Part shown: positions 25,601-39,419 of the stretch, piece by piece
Numbering within the stretch: the stretch's first letter is position 1
Layout of the letters: each line of letters begins with the position of its first letter
From: Blasia pusilla
Lineage: Eukaryota
Direction of reading: 5' to 3'
DNA length: 64,000 bases
NCBI GenBank assembly: GCA_050084515.1
Contig: CM114271.1
Location: 34,534,001 to 34,598,000 of the forward strand
Notes under the pieces: generated by a model
Database searches by the model: none
What the model was told of the DNA's origin: nothing
What the model saw: only the letters and a program-made list of their open reading frames with translations
Translations under genes and position numbers: made by a program

Positions 25601-28600
25601 TAGAATTGCCTGATTGAAGGGAACTGCAATCTTCCACAATGTACCCTAATTGTATGCGCAGCATCAAACAAAGAAAGTATTGTAGTTGGTATGGATCGAT
25701 GACCGTTATGCGACTATATTCCAACATCGCTTTTGTTGGCCATCTTTCCTCAGGTTTTCTGTGTCTCCTTTGTAGTGTCAGTCTTCCAACAACAGCGGCG
25801 ATCTCAGCGCTCAGTACGGTCTGCACTACCTTCGATAATGCAGGGGGAACGGTCATTCTGCAAGAGGGAATGCCTCTCAATTTCTCAATTTCAGCCTTCG
25901 ACGTCGCATGCGAAGATCCTGCGTGCGTCTCTGCGAACACTTCTTGCACCCTGGCCTGCTCTACCTGCGTTGTCTGGACGGGTGCGGTTCCCTTGAAAGT
26001 AAGCACTACTCTTACCACTTGTGTTTTGCTCTCACACTCTCCAGGTTTCTTCCACAGTCAATCAAATCAACTAGGTGAGGTAGATGGTTTTGTAAGGAGA
26101 TTCTTGGATAGTACTTGGAACCTCAGCAGCAACATTCTGTAGGGTTGGTTTTGACACTACCTGAAACAATCTCCATCCTCCTCCCCTCCCTTCAGTTCTC
26201 CAGCACCCAGCCTGGTCTCTCATATCATCCAACGGCGCGAGATGTATGGTTTCAGGGCAACTATGAGCTACGACATTCACCACGCAATAAGTCCAGTTTC
26301 TTTCCCCTAGCGAGGGCCCTTGGTTCGTTGAAAGGAGCCGGATGGGAAAACAATCGAAATCCGGCACATTTTCGATGTCGGCGATGAAACCTCTGGCCAT
26401 TAGGCAATCGATCGCGAGAAATTTTATTTACCGTCGGAGGTGCTTGCGGGTTCCTTGTTTTCTTCGTGCCACGCTGGGTGTGGCCTTGGTGTTTCTCGAA
26501 TCTCTCTAAGTCCCCCTCGTAATACTTCCGATGAGCTCCCAGTTTTTTTTAATTCATTGCCTGTAATCCCTTCTCTTGTAACCTTCTGGAATTTAGTTTT
26601 CCTGCACCGGTTAGAGACCTCTTTTGGAGATCCCGATCAGATAGGTTGCATGTGGAGTTTCATGGTTGATAGTACTTGATACCTCATGAGTTCTTCACAA
26701 AGAAGAGGAAGTAAAACTTAAATAGAAAAATGGCTGGGAAACCCATCAGGATACAAACGAGGGGGGTATACAGACCAAAAAACCCAAAACCTCTTCACAA
26801 CCTCAAGTGTATCGTGAGCATAGCAATTAATGAGAGTTTCCCACCTGTCGTCAGGTAGTTTCTTATCTCTTCTCCCTGCTGCACCATCCCAGTCAACAAC
26901 ACAACTAGCAACTAAACAATTCCCGCCCAACCGCGGCACGGGATCTATGGTCGCAGCGTTATGTCAGGCACCCCTGAATTATTACATTCTCCGTGCCAAT
27001 CTCAACTTACACCAGGGCATGATGGTTGGTCATAGTTGCAATACTACAACCGGCACTCCTTAATGAGGAGTCTCTAAATTTACACAAATACCAAGATCAA
27101 GACTATTGCGGGGGAGAGCAGGAGCTCCCCTAGAGGGTGTTCAATAAGTACGGCTTTTAAATTCACCTACGATTGCATGTGGGATTCTCACATCATGATG
27201 ATTATTAATGAGAAGGGTCAAAGGAAGGGGGATGGGTTTACCAGGTTCCGGCGTGCCTGCGGCAACGCCATGTTGAGATGTTGTGGTGTGCGCCAATCCG
27301 CACACCACCCGACCCTTACTAGAATTAGGTTGCGGTAGTGGGGCATGTAGAGGCTTAACGAAGGAACGGGCTTGAAGGTGTTCAGCTGAAAACAATTTAG
27401 GGATATCACCTTCCTCGTAAAAAAGGTTGGTGTGGGATTCGAATTCGGATAGTCAAGACATCGCCAAGTTGGAATGCCGGAAGTAGCTCCAAGCTTATCC
27501 CCATCACCACCCAACAGTGCCGGTGGCGGCAAGAGACCATTTGGAGCCCAAAAGTGGCGCGGGTGCAACAGGACTCCTAACAAAGCCTGGACTGTGGGAG
27601 CACGAGGAAAATTCCTTTTGGAGACCATCATAGACGCAGTGGGAGAGCTCTCTCAACAACACAACGATGGGAAGCAACAATAACATCGCAACCTTCTCTC
27701 TTGATTGTGAACCCTGACCCCAGCAGAACTCTAGGAGTATTTGCGGCTAACTCCTTGTTTGGGAATTCCGCTCAAGGTCAAGTTCAGGAGGGGCGATTCC
27801 CTTCAGCGAGGAAAAGACAAAATGGGAGCACAATCAAAGTACTGCACATTAAGTAATCGTGCGATGAAACCTCCAGTTTCACATTCAGTACCCTAGATTC
27901 ACTAATCAAAGCTGCTGCACTCGTAAGTAACGTCTTTTGGGGACCCCTGTCAGGTCAGAAAGATAGTGTTGTAATGAGGTTCTTGGCTGCTACCTTGAAG
28001 CTCTAGCAAACACTCACATTCTACGAGAGAAGACGGGCTGATTCATTGAAGCTCCGCTCCAACACTCTGTAGGTGAGTCTCCCTCCTCACATGCATATAG
28101 TACTAACTATCTTCTGTTCTCCCCACCTCTGGACCCATCCCAATCTCTAGCATCATCCAACCAGGACACGATGTCTGTGGTCGCAACACACCGGCAGACT
28201 CTACTTAACGAGTACAGGTCTCACTTTGAAGCCATCTCCGTCAACTAATACTCTTAGTGTAGTCAGCGTTTCCTAATCTCCATCGACAAGAATCGATTTG
28301 CCCTCTACTGCATCCATAAATAGCAACCACGGTATTATAGCTCAAATGCAGCACACGACGAGTTTCACTTTTTACTGGCCTATACTCGACAGTGCATTAC
28401 CAGCAACTCCCTACCTCTGTCGCTAATATCCACGATCCAGACGAGCCATATCTTCGTTGATTTGAGGCCACCATTAAGTAACAAAGAGAAGAGTTATCTA
28501 ACAATCTGTCAATGGCAATTTCGTTTCTCATCCAGTTTCGATGAATTATTGTTTCGACCCTTTGTGTACAACACTCACTCCTCTCACATGCTTCAAAATG

Positions 28601-31600
28601 CACCAATGGACATTGAAAACATATTCACTAGCTCATTTCTTCTCACATGCTAACTAGAAATAGTCACGCGAACATTCTACCACCTAGAGGAAAATATATG
28701 CTCTCGTGTTAACTGCGTACAGTGCGTTACCAGCTTGCTGTACAAGGTGTCAATAGGTCATCGGTGGCTGGAGTAACATGCACGGTCGGCAACCAATCGC
28801 TCGCGGCTCCAGGAAAATGGCCCGCTTCATGTCTTGCGACGAACCAACTAGCGGGCAAGACTGGCTACCACCTCGTTATGAACTTGACAGATGCTTCAAA
28901 TGCTACCCTTGCAACAAAGACTGCTATAGTTTCTTTCACAGCAGGTGTGTGCACTTAGCCTCCACTCTTATGGCAGTGTTCTTATCAGATTATTCTTTAG
29001 TGTTAATATCTTCCTATTTTTTATCCAATTGGAAGACCTGCATCAGAATGGCTGTCTTCGGAACTAACTCCATCCCACCCCTTCCTTACTCACTTCACTG
29101 AAAAACAGATTGGTGAGGCTAGATTCCTTAGTACCTGCAACCAGTTCGCAACACTGCACTATTGAGGACGAGTATGTGCCAGAGGAAGCACAGAAGTCGG
29201 CCCGTAGATGGTGAGTGGAAGCGCTTCCGTGCATGCCTCTAGGCAACACCATGTCCTTCGCAAGATCGCACTTCGTGGTCGTAAAAAAGTCATGTTCAGA
29301 TCGATCAATAACTTCACGTGGTCGTATATCAAGCGTCTATCATTTCTCAGACGGACAGGCCTATTCAGCAGCCAGGCAAGAAAATTTGAATTGCCTAGGT
29401 AATGAGGTTCCATTTCGTACTTATACGCATCGATCCAAAACAGTATTCAGAAGCAAGCCACTTATTCATTAAAGCTTCCGCGCCAGACATTACCAGTACA
29501 GCTACGATATTACCATGTCATACTTTGGTGAATCTCTTCAATCAGGCCGTTTGATAAGAGAAGTTGACACATGCCCAACGCATGCTTGACATCTTCACAG
29601 GCCGGAGCAGATCATGAAGTTTATTTAGCACACCATCATGAAGCTTGTACTTGACCGTTGTTTTGTTAACTAAGGTCTACAGTCCAGACAGATATACAGT
29701 TAACTCCTGCGGCAGACGTTGGCTACTTCAGATTTCTCAGGCTTCAGTCCATACCTGTTTCGTCCATTTCCACAATTTCCCTGCATCGAATCTGACGGTC
29801 GCCCCTCCTTGCAGGAAACGTAGCAGTATCAAGGTGCGTGGGACAGTTCGAAAACGACACAGCCAAAGTTTGGATTGGCTACGATAACATTCTCAAGATC
29901 TGGCTCATGGACCAATACAATAACACTGTTGGAGCCAGGACCGGTCGCACTGGATTGGCTGTCATCCCGTTCACCGTGGCGGTCCTCTCATCTGACCTAC
30001 CCGTCAAAGATTAAAACATTTTGTGTCTTAATGATACTCGAACTAAGTAAAGAAAGCAATATCTCATCAAACCTACCCAAACGAGAATAACAGTAGTTGG
30101 AAAACACACACGAGCTGCTTATCAATCACTCAAAACTCTGTTCCGTATCCGTAAAAGGAAAAGAATCCACTGCACATCAGCATTACTTACCATTCTGTCT
30201 GCCCGTCGAAGCTTTTCCGAACGCTAGATAGGGGAAACGACTTCCCGGATGGCAGAGCCGTCTATGAAAGACTTCTGACATCTGCAGGCTAATGCAAAAA
30301 TGACGGAAACCTCATACAGATTACCTACAACCCGGATGATGGAAGCAAAGTTAGCTTATCAACACCGGCAACAGTCAACACAGGAGCAGACTACGGATAT
30401 TACAGCGTCAATATAGCGCCTACAAAAGTTGGCAACTACTTAGCCAAAGTCACCGTCAACTCCACAAACATTATGAACTCCCCGATGGCGTTTGCGGCTG
30501 TCAAAGGTACCAATATCTCCTCGCAAGCTTTGACACTTCTCAGGCACAATTGCACCGCACAAATCAGAAGCACCTGCGTCGGGCAATCGCGAGAGCGTTG
30601 TTGATTTGCGATTTAGGAACAAGAGGATGATTTCGTAAACTAAAGGTTCTCTTCACTTAACTACGCGGGAACTTACAGATCAACATCATGTGATCCGAGC
30701 AAGTTCGCATTGCGGCAAAAACGTTACTCGGGAAGAAAAAAATTGATGTGATTTTATTATAAGAAGAAAATGTTGTATTGGTATGAAAAATCTATATCAT
30801 TATTTGCGCTAACCCTTTCTCATTGTTAAATTCCTTCATCCTTTGGTTACACATGTGGACAAGAAAATCGTCTATATTATAATCGGACTAGTCGGCAGCC
30901 TCGTGAGTGAAGGATTAATCGATGCCATAAGGGGAAATGTTTTTTTATTGTCCGAAGGACAGAAAACATTTTTTTAACTTTTTAATAGATGTCAGGTATT
31001 TTCAAATCAAGAAGTCAGTTAAATCAAGAAGATGGTATTTCAAGAGATTTTTATTCACAATAAAACAAAATGATAAGATAAAATAATTTCAATTTTTCCT
31101 CTATTCACATTTGATATTTTGGGAATTTTTTTTGAATTTTAATGGAGGAAGGGAATCATGTAAAAAATTCAGATTAACTAATGATTTAATTAATGAGTAT
31201 TATTTTGGTGGGAGGAGCTGTCTAAACTTTCATTAAATTATTTTGGGGAGTGAGGTATTATTTAGATTTTAATTGAGGGGCGGAGTTATTTAGAAGATTC
31301 AACAAAAATAAAATTATACAACATTAACCCTAAACCCTAACATTCAACATTTTGTTAGGGTTTTATTCTTGTTTAATCTTAGATTTGGGGGTTTATAATT
31401 ATTTGCTTCATGGTGACTAGAATTTTGGGAAATGATTTGATTTACAAGAACCAAAAGTATCAAATAAAATCAAACATGAATGGCTGCAAATTGAAGACTT
31501 CACAAATTAATGATATGTGTTATCATCCAATAAGGTAAAAAAACTTGCAAACATCCTACCTCATGCTAGAATCCCACTCCACGCATTCTCTATTTCTCGC

Positions 31601-33131
31601 GTTCGCTTTGGTCGTGAAATCAATTAGAACATGGGTTTCCTCTTTTTCTTTGCTCCAAGAACTAACTACTGTTGTGGAGCTTGATCACTCCACAAATCCC
31701 CCTATTTTTTTGAGTTATATCATCTTCCTTTGTGATTGGAATCTTTTTTGTTAAAATAACACTGAAAGCTTGTGGTCTCTATCCAATCCCATTCATGGTC
31801 TTAACAGCAACAAATCTCTCCTATACTCTATTAAACGAGGATACTACTTGGTTAGGGATACGATGACATTCTAATATCACACCAGTGTAATTCTCGACAA
31901 AGGATCACGTCCTGGAAAGAAAAAGAGAGACATGAATGGCATTCTACTCTGAAAGAAGAAAGATTCATTGAAGTGGACCGACAACTCCTATTCTTTTGAT
32001 AATATAACTGTAAGAAACATGCCACTAATCCATTGGGGTATTGCAGGAAAAAAGAATTCAGCCAATTTCCTGCAGCCCACAATCATTGGAAAAGCTTGGA
32101 GCATCTCCATAATCTACACAGCCATTGTTTGTATCTTGCCTGCAACTCTGGTGTAAAATAGGTGAGTGACAGGTGACATGCTGTTGGGATAAAGTTGAAT
32201 ACAAATGATCTTGTGGCAGTCCACAAGACAAATAGACACTTATAGTTGTTGCACTGCAACGTTTTGTCGAGTTTATATTCATAGACCAATGTTCAAATGA
32301 TTTATAAATTTCCCTCGAATACAGCCAGACGTTCAGAAATGGTCCCCTCGAGTATATTCGTGGACCAATGTTCAAATGATCTATAAATTTCACTCCAATA
32401 CAGATGGACGTTCAGAAACTGTTCTCTCCTACATGTTCTTGGCTCCTATGTCTCGACCGCATCTTCAGTAAGCCTAGTTGCGTGCACATGGACATCTACA
32501 TTCTGCCCCTTCATTTCTACAATCGCTTCAAAAACAAATCATATCCACGACACCAGGAAGACTAAGGCGGTACAGACGATTTCCCGTTCATCTTTTCAGT
32601 CCATGGTAACCAACAACACGAATTCAATTGCATTTGCAGAGCTTCTATTTCCTTTATTTACAATGTGACACAGGTCTTTTTACATCGCCAAATAATTTCA
32701 GTCTGCTGGATCCAGTCAAAAGCATCAACATGCTATGCTTCGCAGTGGCCTCAGATTAAGAGGCTACCAACAGATCTGATGGCACTGGGCCTAGTCTGAA
32801 ATTGGAAGACATCTATACCAGAGTAATTTTTCGGTGAAGAGGCACTAGAGTCTGGTTCTTCTTAAGTAACACTTGGGACTACCGAATTTACATACTCATG
32901 ATTTGTTTCATTTTCACTTATAAAGCGGCAAGTGCGTAGCTTTTGCAAATCATAGATGTCCTGCGCATATAGCGAAGTTTGAGCCTTATTGTTGGATCGA
33001 GAAAAAGAGAAGTTACTTGTTGATTTCTTTCTTCGTAAAGATGACCGACAAGGGCAATAGACAATATAACCCAAGACCTCCACGCATATGACACAACACT
33101 ATGTTTTACGCCGCGTGTCCCTAGTTTACTA

Positions 33132-36100
33132 CTATAATTTTGAGGAAGGAGAAAGCCCCTTCCTAGTCAGGCTTGCCTCAATTGATCCATGTGGCTCATC
33201 CGTAGGCAAGTAGACATCATCTTCAAACTGTGGAAGAACACGATGGTTTTGAAGTTAGGCACAAAAGCTGGGTAAGTTGTATTATGAAAGTCATCATCTC
33301 AAGCATTCAACTAACAATGCAGAAGCCAGATTGAAATGATGCTAGGTACAGTTTCAGCCACTTCAAGAAACGCATCTAAAATAACTCATTTTCTTATTCT
33401 ATACCTCTTCACAGATGTCTGGTAGATCCTCAACATAGATGAGAACTAGCACTTGAGAAAAGTTTTCAAGTTGAAATCCACCATACCTCTAAACCAATGG
33501 AAGGCAATTTAACAGGCAAAAAGTGAATGTTCGGCATGTTCAGATACACTGACTCCACTTCTGGGAACCTGAAAGATGACCCACACAAGGTTTTTACTGG
33601 AGGGCATTACTTGTGCAAGAAGTGTCTGCATAGCAGCACGAGTATTTGACTCATTGCATAGCTATTGCACTCGTATCTACTCTGTACCCAGATGACTCTT
33701 ACCATTTGAGGCTACACTGAGAAAATCCATTTCACTTCTACAGAAGTCAAAGCAGCTAGTAAGGATGTAAGAGCAACAAGGCCCAACGTCAAATCGGAGC
33801 TATGTTGTCAGTAATAAGACAGCAGAGTTCCCTGGGTTCAAGGACACCAACCTCAGCAGCACTTCTTTAGCCATAAGGTATAAGGTGTTTTGCACAGAAG
33901 GACTGTACACTCCACTTTGAGGTGGTCCAAAGAAGGTCTTTATCAGCACAGTAGTGATTTCTGCGTGAAATCGGTCGTAGTCCAGTGGCTTCTTGGTATA
34001 ACTGGACCAACAGAATTATGAGTCTCACACGAACTAGAGATGAACATTCAGAACAATTAACTCAATCCTGAAATGGCCCAGTTGAACAACAATTCCTGAA
34101 CAATTGTGTACTGAAGATTGTGACCATGGTACTCCAAGATGTATGGATCAGGGAACCAGATTCACTTATTTGCCAGCATGCGAAAAAAGATGATCCAATT
34201 ACCTCCACACTGAACGAATTGATGATGCCATCATCCGCTCATTTACTTCGGGAAGGACGGTGTACTTATCACGAATAAAACCTTCAAACCCTGACTGAGG
34301 TACAAGCAACCCAGAGGAATCAGACCGGATGAACACAACAGCAATTGCCCAGTTTATGTGAAATTCCAATGAATACGATTTTACTGTCTCTCAGAAAGCT
34401 CATAGTTTGTTTTATTGTCAGGAAAGCCCAAACGAAAGCGCAACGACTGTGAGAACTTGAGGTATACCTTGGTGGTTTTCAGCAAATTTAATTCACTAAT
34501 GCCTGACTTCACTTCCACGCTGCCATCTGCACTGGCCACAACAACAGCTGTGCGCTTTTCTGATCCCAATTTAAAACCTGGAAAGGACCAATCAGTGCAT
34601 GTTAAAATCCACATGTAAGAGCTACTTACATCTTCCACAGACATATTCGCAGTACATCCCAGAGTATGTTGATTCGTGAAATAGTTATGCTAAGTGCCCA
34701 CAAACTTCTCCCCCCAGCGTTCGTAGGTGAGATGTGAACATACACTACCCTCCGACTGATAGAAAGCAACACTCTAAAGGGGTTTTGAGGAAACTCCAAG
34801 CGTAATATTCTAGACAGGACCTTGCGTACAAACGGTCACAATGACTGGCAAACCCTCAACTTTCCCCTTTCTTAATCAGCTCACAATTGGTAGTGGAAAT
34901 TCCTTATCACAGAATTCCTCATAAATAAAAAGCATCAATTTCTGTGAATATGGTGTGATTCGATCTATTTCTGGAAAATGCACCATGCTGGTGTGGTTCA
35001 CTATCACTGATAACTCGCTCCCATGGCTTTTGAGTGAGATGTATCTCTACCGCAGTCACCTGCAATCATAAGAGGCCTAGAAATGAGATTTCATATCCAA
35101 AATCCACCAGATATTGTCACAGAAATCAGCGTCAATACAATATCGAGGCAACCTCACATACGTCCGATGGCCATCTTAGGTCCCCTGGGACAATAAATCA
35201 GTTCCATCCATTGATTCCTACGCAACAACATGCATACTCACAATCTAGCAGATCACCATTCGGGCACAAGGTTTAACAAAAGACGCCTACATTATGTTGG
35301 TGCTTCATGACAAAAGTGGACCTCAAGAGCTTGACGGCAGTAGCATGGCGCCTAGCTTTAACGAACATTCCATACGAACCTCAGGATACGTTCTGATAAA
35401 GTGCTTTCCCAGAATTATACCAAAATTTTCCACTGAAGTAGCTTCTTTACACTGTTTTGCCAGTGCATAAACCTGCGAAATTTCCAAACGACTTTAGGTC
35501 AGCCAACTGACAACAACGGAGATTACATCGGACTGTTCAGACACGAATGATTTGTTTCAGTCCCTAGTACTTACCCTCAATAGAAGTAGAAAGCGAAGAC
35601 TGAATCCAGAAGGATGACGATTACAATGGAGTTGTGCGTTCACACTGGTCTTGTGTACCCTCTGTATCTGCATCTCTCTCTGTATGACGGGTTTTAAGCG
35701 CATAAAAAATGGTCCTTTGTGGTCTAGAAATCCTTCACACTTAGGACGCAATTCTCGAACCTGTCAAATGTACAAGTCTCCGGTGATGAAGCGAGTAGGA
35801 CTCCTTGAAGAGGAAGCTAAGTCTGCACTTAATTGCTGCAACACTCCGCCTTCTAGTGACGGTGGAGATTTTCCTTCATGAGTTTCAAGGAAACCCCTCC
35901 TCCACAAACTCGGCAACCTCTTCTCAGTGTCTCACTTCGGTATCATTCGAAGTGGCGCAGAGGTGTGGCTAAAAGTTCCTGCCTAGGGCATCGACATGGA
36001 CGATGAACATTTTACTGGATTCTCAGTGTCTAGTATACCGGACTATTTGCCGGTTTATACCAATTCGTCTTCAAATTGGATCGGATACATGTCCACACAG

Positions 36101-37055
36101 GCCCGCTGTAACGGGAGGAGTTGCAAAAACTCCGAAGTCACCGAAACTACTGAACATCCTGATTATAATGAACTGTAGTACGTCAGCGTCCTCTAGCTGG
36201 TGACACACTCTCTGAATGTCGAAGGTGCCTGACGTCTCGCAATATCCTCAGATGTTTGTGGGGGTGTGATGTCTCTAGCTGGGGGATTCAACCACTCTGA
36301 GTTACCCAAACAAACGAACATCCTAATTGTGGTGAATTTCAGTACCTCAGCGTTCTCACGCTGGTGATTCTCTGAACATCAAAGGGTCACGCACATCTCG
36401 AACGATCCTCGGATGTTCATGAGGGTGTTATATGTCTCTAGCTGGAGGATTCAATTGTTGCAAGCACCCACAAAGTGCACTGCATCGAAACTCGGAGGAG
36501 CTGCAATTTTCGTGCCTTCGGTGGGTGCTTGAGCCTCATGGATACCTGGAAGTCTACCAAGAGACCTTCTGCAATCGCGGTTGGGATGTGCTTCACGGTT
36601 AAGTCTCTCTGGCGTTGAAGTCGCTCTCCTCTCCCCATCCCAAAGATCACGGGACGTTTCGACAATCGTGACTAATGGTCCCGAGAACGTAGGGACTTCG
36701 AGAAATCACCCATCGAACTGAATGGAAAAGTAACGACGTCCATTGAAGCCCATGGTACAGGATTGCGAGGGAAGTAGTCAGCAATCACTACGACGAGTCA
36801 GTGCTAGAAATTACTACGCACAGTTCTCTGACGAACAGAATGAAAGCCCACCGTATTTTTCATGGTGTCGGTAGCCACGATGGCACTATTATCTCCCACC
36901 GTGTAAGCTGCCAGACATTTGGAGGTCAAAGTGATGGATATCAACCATTCCACAACCGCATGGCCGTCTTTGCCTTTCCATACACGCGCAACTCGAACGC
37001 GAGCCTTTCCATGCTGATGCCGTAGCTCCAGATTGCCCACCAGATCACCTGCCAT
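33132..37055 (-). CDS. UOX: Urate oxidase (uricase), peroxisomal, 300 aa; exons 37055-36852, 35472-35380, 35059-34984, 34577-34468, 34294-34203, 34001-33852, 33568-33487, 33227-33132
   Basis: Motifs HGKARVRVARVW, GDNSAIVATDTMKNTVY, QKPWERV, LLKTTKSGFEGFIRDKYTVLPE, YSPSVQNTLY, MPNIHFLP and VYLPTDEPHGSIEA. C-terminal SKL is a PTS1 signal. Eight exons, all introns GT-AG and in phase, 903 nt in total. Confidence 0.98.
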
Positions 37056-37675
37056 CCTCGTTTCCCTGTTCCGATCTTCCAGACGATGACGAGGGTTTCT
37101 CCACCCTCTTCTTCCCAATTTCCCCTTTCCTGTCCGGACAAAGCCAAGCCAACCTTGACCCTTCCGAAATGTGCCCGTCAGAATAGTTCCACACAGCGGA
37201 ACTCGACGAAATCGATCCCCAAGAAAGGCCAGCCCTCGCCCCCACCCGACATGCACAGACGAGCGCTTTCTCGCCACTACCCCGCAACCTCCGCAGAAGA
37301 TCTCGCCTCCCTATCCTCGTGATGTTCGAGAAGATGGCGAATTGGGCCCAGCTTTGTGCCCTCCGAACGCACAAATGCCACGGGCCTGCCGCATGGTCAT
37401 TCCCATCTCGCTTTTCTGTCTTCTGCCTTCTCTCGATCTGTGCGCTCCAGGTCCTTTCACGCATTCATGCAGATACACAAAGTCCCCGCAACCACCCCGT
37501 CCGACCAAATACTCGTGACGCCCGCGCAGCCAAGAATCTAGGCTCTGAGCGGTGCATGTGGGCCTCCTTTCTCTCCCCTCATCGCCTCGCCCCCTTCACG
37601 CGTCAGCAGCCTCAACCACAGCTCCACGAAACCTGTTCCGCTTCACAGCCTGATTAACGATGGAAGAAAAAGGAG

Positions 37676-37677
37676 GG

Positions 37678-37713
<36 letters not shown>

Positions 37714-37862
37714 ATGAAATGAAATTGAGAGGGGAGAGTGGACAGGAGAGAGCGAAATGAAATGAAATTGAGCGAGAGAGAGAGAGAGAGAAAATGAAAT
37801 TAAGAGGGAGGGAGTGGACAGGAGAGAATGAAATGAAATGAAATTGTGAGAGAGAGAGAGAG
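37676..37862. repeat. Compound (GA)n/(GAAAT)n microsatellite with a duplicated ~70-bp superunit, upstream of UOX
   Basis: (GA)n runs alternate with tgaaatgaaatt. gagtggacaggagaga occurs twice (about 37736 and 37812). Confidence 0.9.
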
Positions 37863-39419
37863 GCACGGCGCCTCTGGGGTGACGAAGATGCTGTTCATGT
37901 TACCTGTTCGAAAAGATCGCCGCAGCGGAATCTTGGCCACGTGCGCTTCGCTGTGTCCCTTGTTGAGGCTGCTCCCGCGGATTACGAGAACGGATGGATG
38001 AATGACAGGCCGGAACGTCGAGATGAGATGATAGAGAACGGGAACACTATGATTTCCACATTCCACGAGGTTCTGCAGCTGCTGCGGCAGCTCGCTCTGT
38101 GTACATCATGCTTGTGCTTACAGGCTCGCGCTACCAGGGGCATCATCAATCAAATCGACGAGGAAGCACGCGAAGCTTCGGGCCGACGAGGTGGTTGAAT
38201 GGAAGCACGTGCTTCGATCCGATCAAGACTGCGGACGGAGCTTCTGTCTTTGTGATACTGAAACTCCTTCCAAGGATCCAAACCTGGCACGAACTTGGCC
38301 AAGGCTCCGGCCTACTGACTCGACGACAGTTTCCGGGATTCTCCCATCACTCATCCTTCGAAGTCCTTTCTTTCCTACAGCAATCTCGCGCACTGGATGG
38401 AATTTCAGATTTGGAAATCAGACGCCAGTAGAACACGGGAAGAGTACATCATCACTCTGCTGACTTCGAGGCTCAATGGCAAAGTTCTGGAATTCAAGAA
38501 TTCGAAATCAGATGCCAGTGGGAAATGAGAAGATTATCTCATCAAATCTGTCGACTTCCAAGGCTCAGCAGCCAACCTCCACACCATCCCTCGCTTTTGT
38601 CCTCGGCATGGGTTTCTGATCCTCGTCATTGCGAACCTCCTCTTCTTCATTCATACTACTTTCGTGGTTCTCAAAAATCCATACCCTTCATAAATGTCTC
38701 ACTCGTCCATTCCACAAATCCATTCGGAGTAGATTGTCCCGTGCAATCGGGTTACAATTGTGTGTGGGGGCTGGTTTGGACTGCGACAAAGCTCGAGCAT
38801 AAAGGTAGGCATATATTTCAGACCAGTAAGGTGCCATTTTCTATTTCTATCTAGTTACCATACATGAGGATAGTATTAGGAACGAGTAACGACGTTGCAC
38901 ATAAAGTATTAGTGATTTGTAAAAGATATTTTTTTAAAACATGATAATATAGATATATAATGATTTCTGCCAATTCTAAACAAACCTATTGATATATATA
39001 TATATTGTGATCTAGATGACTATGGGGTTTCATTTATTGGGTATTTTTTTCCAAACAATCATAAATTTCATTTGGCACTTTCAAGTAATAAAATTGTTTG
39101 TTTTTTTATTCAATAGGATCAAAGTTAATTTAACATGTCATTTGATAATTTTGAGAGTTGATTAATGGAGGTAATTTAAATTGATGCATGCATGGGCTCA
39201 CTCTAGTTTGTACTTAATCGGGAATGTTCCTAATCCACATTTTTAGGAGATTAAGTATGATACTAAGAATGATTTAATCCATTCTTAAAATTGTGAAATG
39301 ATCTTATTGATCTAGAGATCGAGTTATCCTTTTGGCTGAGAGGGTCAAGTGTTAAGAGGGAATTATAAAACAATAAAATAAATTTTAGTTCTCACTAAAA
39401 TATTCATCACTCCTTGATT

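Noticed and set aside
29064-32400. Short ORFs and exon-like pieces between the orphan exon and UOX
   Set aside because: No phase-consistent gene model or recognisable motif could be assembled.
32285-32423. Small local duplications (78-bp period here; others near 46273-46410, 11652-11710 and 60570-60700)
   Set aside because: Ordinary two- or three-copy slippage-type duplications with no evidence of function.
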